Shown: positions 34,962 through 43,674 of the stretch, one piece after another | Layout of the letters: every line of letters begins with the position of its first letter | Numbering within the stretch: position 1 is the stretch's first letter | DNA from: a virus | IMG/VR virus record: IMGVR_UViG_2791355197_000001 | Span: 23,154 to 87,153 of that record | DNA: 64,000 bases | Strand: one strand, 5' to 3' | Translations under genes and position numbers: made by a program | The notes under the pieces: generated by a model | What the model was told of the DNA's origin: nothing | Seen by the model: only the letters and a program-made list of their open reading frames with translations | The model's database searches: none

Positions 34962-35873
34962 TTACTTTCGCAAGCCCATGCCGGCAGCGGTCCTGAGCCG
35001 CCGCACGGCGTCCCATGTCCGGTCGATGATCTCGACGCCCTCGTAATGCTTCACGAGCGCGTTCAGCGCGATCCGGAAGTCGGAATTGTTGGTGCGGTGC
35101 TCCTCGCCGCCATGCAGCCGGACGTCCTCGCTGCTGCACTCGAGTCCAATCCTGACGAGCAGGATATCGAACTGCCGCCCGCCGAGACGACGCTCGACCT
35201 CCCTGAGACGCCCGCTGGCCTCGAGTGCGATGGTGTGCGAGGGCGACCCGCCGCCTCCGCCGTCGACCTTGTCTTGCAGCGCGAAACCGCGCGCTCCGTG
35301 GAATGTCGCGAGATCGAAGTCGCGCCGGAACCGATCCGCGGCGCTCTGGCGCAGCTTGTCCTCTGGATCCGCGGCGCCCCGCTTCTTCGACTCGGTCAGA
35401 TTGAGATGCGAGGCGCGAACGGTGTCGACCATCACGTTGAGCCGCGGGTTTTCCGGGTCCGGAATGATGTGCTTGCGCCGGCCGCTAGCGAGCCGCTCGG
35501 CCTCTGCGGCCGCCTTCTGCTCCTTCTTCGTCAGCGGCTTGCCGAGAATGTTCAATAGATCGGCGGCCCGCGCGGCCGCATGCTGATACCCCTGCTGGAA
35601 CAGCTTGTTTGTCCGGAGATACTCCGTCACCAGGCGGGTTGTCGGCGTATCGTAGCCCATGGCCCACTCGATACCCGCTTCGCCAATACGACGGGCGCTT
35701 GCGCGCTCTTCCTCAAGCATGACCTGGGCTTCATACGAGAGACCGGCGTAGGAGCGCATCGGCTTGGCCCGCCGGATATCACGCTGGAATGCACGGGCGC
35801 GACGATCGCGCTCCTTGTCGACGTGTACCGCCGCGACATCCGTGATCTGTGCTTGAGACATTCCATCCTCCAC
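34962..35873 (-). CDS. Probable late-gene transcription regulator (Q-position; DUF6456-like C-terminus)
   Basis: AADRFRRDF...VDGGG...LREVERRLG pattern; position at the end of the replication operon. Confidence 0.55.
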   Translation of the reverse strand: MEDGMSQAQITDVAAVHVDKERDRRARAFQRDIRRAKPMRSYAGLSYEAQVMLEEERASARRIGEAGIEWAMGYDTPTTRLVTEYLRTNKLFQQGYQHAAARAADLLNILGKPLTKKEQKAAAEAERLASGRRKHIIPDPENPRLNVMVDTVRASHLNLTESKKRGAADPEDKLRQSAADRFRRDFDLATFHGARGFALQDKVDGGGGGSPSHTIALEASGRLREVERRLGGRQFDILLVRIGLECSSEDVRLHGGEEHRTNNSDFRIALNALVKHYEGVEIIDRTWDAVRRLRTAAGMGLRK

Positions 35874-36153
35874 GCAGAATCACGAATAGATTTCGCGGAG
35901 GTGATTTGTCTACAAAAGCAAGCAGAAAGTTGGAGCGTCATCCACCAGTCCGTTGAAGGTGCAGCGTCAACGGCCAGAGCCACTGATCAATCCACTCGAT
36001 CGTCGTTCGATTCGCCTTCGCGGGATCCGTTTGTAGAGGCTGAGCAGCCATGACCTACCGCCGGTGATGTGGTCCAGCAGGTAGGAGCTTCTCCTTGATG
36101 CCGACCTCGGCGTACATCACGGCAAATGGGCCGCCGATCGATGAACGCGGCCT

Positions 36154-36648
36154 TCACATCGTGATGAACTTTGCGCCGAGCTGCCGCAGCATTTCGTAGG
36201 GCCCGATGTACTCGACGCCGAACTGCTTGCAGACATTCGGGATCTTCGGCTTCTTCGATGTGGCGTCGACGAGCTGCTCGCCTGTCACGACGATCATTCC
36301 GTCCACCTGGGCTCGGGCGATAAGCCAGGCGTCGGCACCCTTGAGGAATTCGCTGGCGTTGTGCTGCGGGTACGTCTTGACGACATATTCCGCGATTGGC
36401 TGATAGGCGGCCTGAACCGGCGCGGCCGGCGGCTGGAAGAACGGCGTGCCGTCGCGGTCCTTCACCCAAACAGCCAGTTCATCGCCGAAGCCGACCATCT
36501 CCTCGTAGACGGTGCGGCATGACACGATCCGGCCAGACGCTGACTCCTTGTCGAGCCAGGTCCAGAATCCGGGCACGATATCCATGGCGTAGGGGCCGTT
36601 CTGCGCTTGGATGAAAATGTTGCTGTCCAAACAGTACGGCTTCGGCAT
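36154..36648 (-). CDS. DUF4411 family PIN-like nuclease
   Basis: YCLDSNIFI, FWTWL, ADAWLIARA, VVTGE, KIPNVC. Confidence 0.88.
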   Translation of the reverse strand: MPKPYCLDSNIFIQAQNGPYAMDIVPGFWTWLDKESASGRIVSCRTVYEEMVGFGDELAVWVKDRDGTPFFQPPAAPVQAAYQPIAEYVVKTYPQHNASEFLKGADAWLIARAQVDGMIVVTGEQLVDATSKKPKIPNVCKQFGVEYIGPYEMLRQLGAKFITM

Positions 36649-36651
36649 CGA

Positions 36652-37815
36652 TCACCGCAGCTCCAACTTGTCGGCCACTGCACGCAGCAGCGGGACCTTG
36701 ACACCGAGCAGGCGCGCCGCATCCCGGTACAGGGTGCGGCCCTCGAACGTGGCGTTGATTACAGCCCTGGTGAACAGCGAACCGTTACGCGAGCGAAGGG
36801 TGACGTAGAAGTCGCCGCCGCCTTCATCGCCACCGCTGTCCCGCTGCCGGAAGCGGGCAAACTCGCGCCGATACATCTCGTCGATTTCGCGTTGGTCGAC
36901 GTCGAGCAGATCGGATGCCCGCCGCAGCAGCACCAGCGAACTCACGCGATAGCGCCGCACCAGATGGCCGATGTTGGCCTCGATGCTTACCTTGTAATTC
37001 CAGTGACGCCGCAGGCTTTCCGCCGGCACCAGCACCTCGGCCGCGACGGCGTTGCAGAACTGCTCGGTCCTCGCCTCTTGCCGCTGGCTCTGCGCCAGTT
37101 CGACGTTCGATATCCCGGTGGCGCCAATCCACAGGTGTGCTATCTCGTGCGCCAGCGTGAATATCTGTGCGGCTTTGGCGTCTCGGCCGTTGATGAATAC
37201 GAGCGGCGCCACCTTGTCGGCGATGGCGAAGCCGCGGAATTCGTCGACGGACAGCGCGCGGTGAGTGTTGTTGCCCACTATCCCGCTGCGCATTACCATG
37301 ACGCCCGCCGCCTCGGCCTGGCGGATGAATAGGCGTAGGAAATCCTCCCAGCTGCTCGCCTCCGCCCGCATGGCCTCATCGATCTTGAGTACCTCGGCGA
37401 TACTGCGCGCGACCTCGTTCGGGTCGCTCCTAATCGTGTAGGCGCCCACGAAGCCCAGCGGCTCGGCGCCCTCCTGCTGCCGGTAGTCCCGATACCACTC
37501 GTGCTTCCGGATGATATCGTTGACCAGGTCGTTAAAGTCGACACTAGGCCGCCGCAGTTCGGCGTTGCCCACGGTCCGCAGATCCGGCAACGCGAACTGC
37601 TCCGCCGGCGGGCTCTGCAGGAACAGGTAGCCGAATGGGATTCGCAGGACGTTCGCGAGGGTCTGCGCCTGCTTGAATGTTGGCTTGGCCTCGCCGTTCT
37701 CCCATGCATCGAGGCGGTCCGGCTTCACGCCGAGCCTTCCCGCCACGTCCTCCGGCGCGAGCTTGGACCGCTCGCGCGCCCAGCGCAGAACCTCCGGTGT
37801 GATGAGCGCTTCCAT
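36652..37815 (-). CDS. XRE HTH fused to ImmA/IrrE (M78) metallopeptidase
   Basis: N-terminal LRWARERS...WENGEAKPT HTH; FTLAHEIAH HExxH; EQFCNAVAAEVLVP. Confidence 0.92.
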   Translation of the reverse strand: MEALITPEVLRWARERSKLAPEDVAGRLGVKPDRLDAWENGEAKPTFKQAQTLANVLRIPFGYLFLQSPPAEQFALPDLRTVGNAELRRPSVDFNDLVNDIIRKHEWYRDYRQQEGAEPLGFVGAYTIRSDPNEVARSIAEVLKIDEAMRAEASSWEDFLRLFIRQAEAAGVMVMRSGIVGNNTHRALSVDEFRGFAIADKVAPLVFINGRDAKAAQIFTLAHEIAHLWIGATGISNVELAQSQRQEARTEQFCNAVAAEVLVPAESLRRHWNYKVSIEANIGHLVRRYRVSSLVLLRRASDLLDVDQREIDEMYRREFARFRQRDSGGDEGGGDFYVTLRSRNGSLFTRAVINATFEGRTLYRDAARLLGVKVPLLRAVADKLELR

Positions 37816-38027
37816 TGCAGTCGGTTAGCTGTTCCCGGGCCGGCCTGCCACCCTGCGGCCGCGCCAACCGTCGCACGAATTCGTTAACGGCTCAACGTCC
37901 TGCCGGACACGAAAAAGCCCAAGCTAGGCCCGGGCTGCATTGCGTACCCTTGCGGGATCGGGCCGTTGGCCTGCTCCCACACGATGCGGACCACGGTCCG
38001 CCATGGTCGGACGGAGGTGACTATTAG

Positions 38028-39476
38028 TCAAAATGGTATCTCCTCTCGGCTAGCGTTTCCTCCAAACAGCATCCTCGGTCCGTTGAAGTCAATTTCCTTC
38101 CACTTGCTGCCGGTGCCGCTGCGGTTCTTGAAGACGGCAAAGGCCGCCTTCTCCTTCCAAATCTCCCATTCGCGAAGCCAGCGATCGCGCTGCTCCCGCC
38201 CTTTCGGGTTCTCTTCGCTGGCAGGCTCCGGCTCGTTGTCGCGGAGCCAAATCTTTGGAATGCTCAGGCCAATGATGATGTCGCTGTTTTCGACAATCAG
38301 GCCGCCGCCGTAGATGTCGCCGCTACCGAACTTCCAACTCGGCGCGCGCTGTCCCTCACGGGTCAACTGCGCGAGTTGCCAGACGACGCCGTCGAGCTCC
38401 TTGGCGAGATCTTTCGTATAGGCCGACGCGTATTCGACCGTCCGCACGACGTTCCAATGCTCCTGCTCCGGCTCGACCAGCTTCAGATGGTCGATGCAGA
38501 ACTGCTTCACGCCATACCGCCGCTTCGCCTTCCGGAACTCGTTGCCGATCTGCTTGATCGTCATCCGGCTGCGGTCTTGGACCCAGACCTTGATCGACTC
38601 GAGCTGTTCCTTCGCTCGCCGGATGTCGAGGAATTCCTTCTGGTTGAAGTCGCCGCTGATCTGCTTCTTGACCGAGACGCCGGACAGCGACGCGATGTCG
38701 CGATATGCGATCTGCTCCGCGGACATTTCGAGGCTCAGCGAAAAGCCCGGGAAAATGCTCGTCTCGTCCAACGATGGTCCCGCATTGTCGCGTAGGATCT
38801 GCGCCATCAAGGCCGATTTGCCGTGGCCCGATGGTGCCGCCAGAGTGACGGTCGTGCCGCCAACCATAGGCCCGAGAACCTGGTCCAACTCCGGGATCTT
38901 GGTGAGCACGCCGACGGCCCGCTTACCCTGATGCTCGTAGGCCTCACCCGCCTTGGCCATCGCACTGCCGGCAGCCTCACCGAGCGCAACGGCATGCCGC
39001 ACCCGGTCGTGGTCGTCGACGATGCGGAGCATGTCGTCGAGTTCCTGGCGCGTTTGATCGAACGTCTTGTCGGGCGCCGTGGCGATCTTCCCGAGTTGTA
39101 TGCGGGCGCGTTCCCGCCATGCCAAAATGACGTCGTCGACGAAGTCGAGCGCGCTGCTGACGTCCGCCGCCTTCTCGATCAGGATCTGAAGGACGGCCTC
39201 TGTATCGCCGACTCCCTCGAACTCGGTCGGGAGCTTGGCCTCGAGCAGCGACAGGGTCGGGCCGGCTCCATTGAGGCAGCAGTCCTCGACCGCGGCGAAG
39301 ATCAGACGGTGATGCGGCACCGTGAACTGGTCCGCCGACACGCGATCCGAGACAGCCCAGAAGGTCTCGGCCGACCCCAAAAGTTTTCCGATGATGGCTT
39401 CCTCAGCGCGAACATTTTGGGTCGGCCTATTGGGCGCGGCTCCTCGCGATGGACCAAGTGTTCCGACTTTAGCCAT
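38028..39476 (-). CDS. dnaB: DnaB-like replicative helicase
   Basis: APSGHGKS Walker A, SLEMSAEQ, IDHLKL, LAQLTRE, KNRSG. Confidence 0.88.
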   Translation of the reverse strand: MAKVGTLGPSRGAAPNRPTQNVRAEEAIIGKLLGSAETFWAVSDRVSADQFTVPHHRLIFAAVEDCCLNGAGPTLSLLEAKLPTEFEGVGDTEAVLQILIEKAADVSSALDFVDDVILAWRERARIQLGKIATAPDKTFDQTRQELDDMLRIVDDHDRVRHAVALGEAAGSAMAKAGEAYEHQGKRAVGVLTKIPELDQVLGPMVGGTTVTLAAPSGHGKSALMAQILRDNAGPSLDETSIFPGFSLSLEMSAEQIAYRDIASLSGVSVKKQISGDFNQKEFLDIRRAKEQLESIKVWVQDRSRMTIKQIGNEFRKAKRRYGVKQFCIDHLKLVEPEQEHWNVVRTVEYASAYTKDLAKELDGVVWQLAQLTREGQRAPSWKFGSGDIYGGGLIVENSDIIIGLSIPKIWLRDNEPEPASEENPKGREQRDRWLREWEIWKEKAAFAVFKNRSGTGSKWKEIDFNGPRMLFGGNASREEIPF

Positions 39477-40222
39477 CAGGCCGGCACCTCAAACTGAAAT
39501 TGATCCTGTGAAAGGCGTCGCTGCATCACCAAGACCATGTCCTGGTCTGCCTCAATCAGGATGCTGGAACAGCCGTACCGCGCAGCGGCAATGCCCGTTG
39601 TTCCGCTGCCAGCAAAGCAGTCCAACACAACGCCGGCCGGTGGACATGAGTAAAGAAGCAGCGGATCGACGATCCCGAGGGGCTTCTGGGTAGCGTGCAC
39701 CGCGCGCCGATGCTCGGATCGCACGTAAATCACGCTACGCATGAGACGTGGGCCTCCGTCAACCGTTCGATACTCCATCTCTTCGATGTCGCCCAAGTGT
39801 ATCGTACGGCCACGGCGCCTCACCGTCCGTGCGATTGCGTCGTTGGTCACCTGAGGAAGCTTGTAGACCTGATCCCATGCGGCATCGTCACGGTAGAACT
39901 GGACCGCGGACTCGTGGACACGACGAAACCGATCGGCATGGAAACCGCTTCCGTTCTGCTTTTCCCAGACGACGTCCTGAGCTGGGCGCCAACCTGCAAA
40001 TTCGGGCGCGCGATCGAGGAACATCTTGAGCGTTCCGAACACCCACATGCTACCGGTTTTTTTGAGCACTCGCCGTACACTGGCGGGCCAGCCAACCGGC
40101 CAGCGGTCCCATATTAGCTTCGTTGATCCATAGGGCGGATCGGTCAAGATCAGGTCAACCGACTCATCCTCGAGGCGGTTCACAACGTCACGGCAATCGC
40201 CGCAGATCACCTGCACGCTCAT
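39476..40222 (-). CDS. DNA methyltransferase, beta class (N4-C/N6-A)
   Basis: TDPPYG; HATQKP; VLDCFAGSGTT. Confidence 0.92.
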   Translation of the reverse strand: MSVQVICGDCRDVVNRLEDESVDLILTDPPYGSTKLIWDRWPVGWPASVRRVLKKTGSMWVFGTLKMFLDRAPEFAGWRPAQDVVWEKQNGSGFHADRFRRVHESAVQFYRDDAAWDQVYKLPQVTNDAIARTVRRRGRTIHLGDIEEMEYRTVDGGPRLMRSVIYVRSEHRRAVHATQKPLGIVDPLLLYSCPPAGVVLDCFAGSGTTGIAAARYGCSSILIEADQDMVLVMQRRLSQDQFQFEVPA

Positions 40223-41541
40223 GCCGGCACCGCCTCGAGCTCGACCGAGGTTAGCATCGGATGGCTCGCGCTGATCCGTTTGGCGGCCATCTCGGCGTAA
40301 TCAGCGTTCAACTCGATCAGGATGGCGTCACGCTGCAGCCTGTCCGCAACCAGTCCGGTGGTGCCGGCGCCGGCAAACGGATCGAGCACGGTACCGCCGG
40401 GCGGCACGCCGGCCAGGATGCAAACCGCGGCGACCTCGGGCGGCATCACCGCGAAATGGTTCAACCAGTCCTCGTGCGAGCCACATTCGCAATATCGGAG
40501 CGTTACCTTGCGCCCGTCGCGTTCGATCTTTTCCGCGCGGAGTCGCCCAACTTCGGCACTCGGGTAGAACCGACGGCACCCCGTACAGAACTCGTCATTG
40601 AAGCCGCCCGGCGCGACCCACCAGACCGACCGAAGAGCCGCGCCGTTGGCGCGCTGTTCAGCCACCGACATGCCGTCCCAGCGATCGTTGAAGCCCGCAT
40701 GGCGCCGCCCGTGCCCTCGTTGGCGATCGCGCTTGCGCGCGCCGGCGTGCGGTGGCTGCCCGTCAGGCGCGTAGCCGCCACCGCTGACAACAAGGCCACC
40801 ATCCTCGGCGCCGAGGCGGTCGCGCATGGCACGCGCTAGCCTGGTCACCGACTCCGGCGCTGCCGGCAGCCTGACGTCCTCATAGCCGTGGTAATAGGTC
40901 TCCGACTTCGTGAGGTGGAAGACGTATTCATGAGCCGAGGTCGACCGGTCTCGCGTGCTCTCCGGCATCCCGTTGGGCTTGGCCCAGATGTTGTCCTTGC
41001 GCAGCCACCAACCGTCCGCACGCAGCGCGAAGGCCAGCATCCACGGGATGCCGATCAGGTCCTTCTGCTTCAAGCCGCCGGGCGCCGGCTCCCATGCTCG
41101 ACCGATCGCGCCGTCACCCTGGGCTTTCGCTTGGAGGCCGGCCGGCACACGGCTGCCGCGCTCGGTCTGCGCGGCTGTCCTCGAGCTCGCACCGATCTCC
41201 CAGTTCTGCCGGACCACCATCGACGCTTCCTGCGACTGCAGCGTGCCGAGCAACGTCGATGATGCGGCGGCCGGATTGCCGCCCCGACCGGATCCTGCAT
41301 AGCAATCGCCGATGTTGATCCAGAGCGAGCCGTCATCCCGCAGAACGCGCCGTATCTCCCGGAACAGGTCGACGAGCTCCGCGATATAGGCCTCGGGCGA
41401 GTTCTCGAGCCCGATCTGGCCGGCCATCTTGTAATCGCGCAGGCGGAAGTACGGCGGCGAGCAGACGCAGGCATGCACCGAGTTGGAAGGCAGAAGCCGG
41501 ACAACCGCCCGGCAATCACCATTGAGAATTCGAACCGTCAA
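40219..41541 (-). CDS. DNA methyltransferase, beta class, with insertions
   Basis: CSPPYF; DLIGIPW; HFAVMPPE; VLDPFAGAGTT. Confidence 0.92.
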   Translation of the reverse strand: MTVRILNGDCRAVVRLLPSNSVHACVCSPPYFRLRDYKMAGQIGLENSPEAYIAELVDLFREIRRVLRDDGSLWINIGDCYAGSGRGGNPAAASSTLLGTLQSQEASMVVRQNWEIGASSRTAAQTERGSRVPAGLQAKAQGDGAIGRAWEPAPGGLKQKDLIGIPWMLAFALRADGWWLRKDNIWAKPNGMPESTRDRSTSAHEYVFHLTKSETYYHGYEDVRLPAAPESVTRLARAMRDRLGAEDGGLVVSGGGYAPDGQPPHAGARKRDRQRGHGRRHAGFNDRWDGMSVAEQRANGAALRSVWWVAPGGFNDEFCTGCRRFYPSAEVGRLRAEKIERDGRKVTLRYCECGSHEDWLNHFAVMPPEVAAVCILAGVPPGGTVLDPFAGAGTTGLVADRLQRDAILIELNADYAEMAAKRISASHPMLTSVELEAVPA

Positions 41542-42629
41542 GCTGAGGCCTCCACGCGCCGCCGCGCATTCCAGATGTCGAGATAGTCGGTACGCATACG
41601 CGGTTCCGGCTGGCTGTCGTGCAGCTTGCCGATCGCCACCATGCGTTCATGAAGCTTGCGCACCGCAGCGCGGCCGGCGGGCTCAGCGAGGACCAGGTCG
41701 CCGTCCTGGCGGCGCCACGGCTTGTCGCCGTCCGGGAAAGACGTGATCCTCTCCACCTCGATCGGCGGCTCGAGCCCGGCAACGCCGCTGGTGCTGAGGC
41801 CGGCCCAGACCGGGCGCCGATACTTGATCAGCGCGCGCGCAGCGAGACTGGTCTCCAGGCCCTCGCCCAGGCCGATGTGCGCCGCGACCCCGCCGATCCG
41901 AACAGCACCGCCGGCTGCCGCGCCGGCGCCTATCTTCGCCACCTCTACCGGCGCCTTCGCGGGCTTCGACGGATCGAGATGGACTTTCCAGATAGCGGTT
42001 AGATCGCCGAAGACATCATCGACGCGGGCGACCAGCGTCATGAAAGCCAGCCGGTCGTCCAGGTCATAGACAACGCGGCCGTGGAAGCGGAGGCAGTCGT
42101 CCCAGCCGCCGGGAGGCACCGGTATGCCGCGCGCCAGCAGATAGGCCTCGGCGTGCGTCCCGGCGATCGGAACAGATTCCATCCAGATCTCGCCCGCGGT
42201 CCGCTGCCGCGCCTGCACATGCTCAGCGGCACGCCGCTCGTCTGCGGCACGCTTCTCCGCGGCCTCGGCTGCCCTGTCCTCGCGCCGCCTCCGCTCCTCT
42301 GGCGTTTCCTCACGCGCGCGATCGAGCCCGACAAATTCGCGGGCGCGGTCGAACACCTCACCGTCGGCCCTGTGATTGCCCGTCAGCCCATAGGCGAACA
42401 GGTTGATCTCGTCGCCGCCGATGCTGGCCGAGCTACGCACCCACGAACCGCGCGTGTACTTGCCGACCGTGCCGAGATAGACCTGAAAAGAACCGAGATC
42501 TCCCTTCACGCCGGGAGCGCAATACGCGATCTTGCCGCGCGTCTTGTATCCCTTCCAGAAATGGTCGAGGACACGCTCAAGCTGCTCGTTCAAGCGCTTC
42601 TTGATTTCGGCTGTATCTTCTCGCGTCAT
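41538..42629 (-). CDS. Toprim-domain primase-like protein
   Basis: AEAYLLARGI, LRFH, GLGEGLETSL, FPDGD; start MTREDTAE coupled to the upstream stop. Confidence 0.85.
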   Translation of the reverse strand: MTREDTAEIKKRLNEQLERVLDHFWKGYKTRGKIAYCAPGVKGDLGSFQVYLGTVGKYTRGSWVRSSASIGGDEINLFAYGLTGNHRADGEVFDRAREFVGLDRAREETPEERRRREDRAAEAAEKRAADERRAAEHVQARQRTAGEIWMESVPIAGTHAEAYLLARGIPVPPGGWDDCLRFHGRVVYDLDDRLAFMTLVARVDDVFGDLTAIWKVHLDPSKPAKAPVEVAKIGAGAAAGGAVRIGGVAAHIGLGEGLETSLAARALIKYRRPVWAGLSTSGVAGLEPPIEVERITSFPDGDKPWRRQDGDLVLAEPAGRAAVRKLHERMVAIGKLHDSQPEPRMRTDYLDIWNARRRVEASA

Positions 42630-42868
42630 GCCAAGCCTGCAGCCGCCTCGATAGCTTGTCGCTTCAAGTTCGCCCAAAGCCGGTTACAAGCCGTTCCGTC
42701 GTTCTCATGGTGATACCGGCGCCATGCGCGCTTGCGCCGCCCATAGACGCGGCGCCGATCGACGGGCAGCGCGCGCCAATGGTCCCCGCAAATCCATTCC
42801 GTCGGAGGAGCGAACCGACCTGTGGTGCGCCGGCAGAACGGCACGCAGCATCGCACCCGATCTGTCAC
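42626..42868 (-). CDS. Small Cys/His protein
   Basis: CCVPFCRRTT...ICGDHW. Confidence 0.65.
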   Translation of the reverse strand: MTDRVRCCVPFCRRTTGRFAPPTEWICGDHWRALPVDRRRVYGRRKRAWRRYHHENDGTACNRLWANLKRQAIEAAAGLA

Positions 42869-43674
42869 AGCATGCTCTCCTGCTTCGGCTCAGGCGCAGA
42901 CGTAAGTGGCGGCGCCAGCGGATCGGCCGGCTTCCACGCCTCATAGTCGGCAGCTATCTCATCCCAGACACGCGGATGCTGCGCCTTGAAGTTCGGGAAA
43001 TCCACGGCGGCGCGATAGACGCCCCGATCGAGGATGAGCCAGCCAGCGCCCGACGGCAGCCACCGGCGATGATCGATGTTGACGTGCTTAAAATCAGCCC
43101 GGACGAGGAAGCCGCGCTTCTGCAGAATGATCGCGATCTTGATGGCGGCGATCTTCCAACTCGTCAGTTGGACCGGTGACGGCGCGCCAGCGTCGACATC
43201 GGGCACGTAGTCGGGAAGGATATGCCGCTTCGCCGGTGCCCACTCGTGCCATTCGTCGTCATTGGTGCCGTGCCTATCCCCCGGCAATCCCGGTTCGAAG
43301 GCCTTGGGCCTCCATCCATAATAGGACTTCTGAGACTCGACTTGTTCCTCAGACCGCACGTAGATGATGGTGAGGCCGATGTACTTGCAGATGCGGCCAA
43401 AGCCTCCTTGTGAATCTGCCGGCACTAGCACGGCGCGGCAATCCGGCCCGGGATGATCGGCGTAGAACGATCCGTATTCCTCAAGCGCCTGGCTGATGAC
43501 TTCGGTGTTCAGTCGAAGCTTCGCCTCTACGCCAATCTGGAATCCGTCCGCCTTGCGCACCAGCAGGATGTCCCAGCCGCAGGTCTCCGGGTAAGCGGTC
43601 CATCCCTCGGGTAGCGAGGAGATGAACCGCTTGCACAGCTCTACTTCCGAAGTGAACGGCTTCGGCTTCGGCAT
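42865..43674 (-). CDS. PD-(D/E)xK-fold nuclease-like protein
   Basis: YPETCGWDILLVR...IGVEAKL; start at 43674 coupled to the upstream stop. Confidence 0.55.
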   Translation of the reverse strand: MPKPKPFTSEVELCKRFISSLPEGWTAYPETCGWDILLVRKADGFQIGVEAKLRLNTEVISQALEEYGSFYADHPGPDCRAVLVPADSQGGFGRICKYIGLTIIYVRSEEQVESQKSYYGWRPKAFEPGLPGDRHGTNDDEWHEWAPAKRHILPDYVPDVDAGAPSPVQLTSWKIAAIKIAIILQKRGFLVRADFKHVNIDHRRWLPSGAGWLILDRGVYRAAVDFPNFKAQHPRVWDEIAADYEAWKPADPLAPPLTSAPEPKQESML

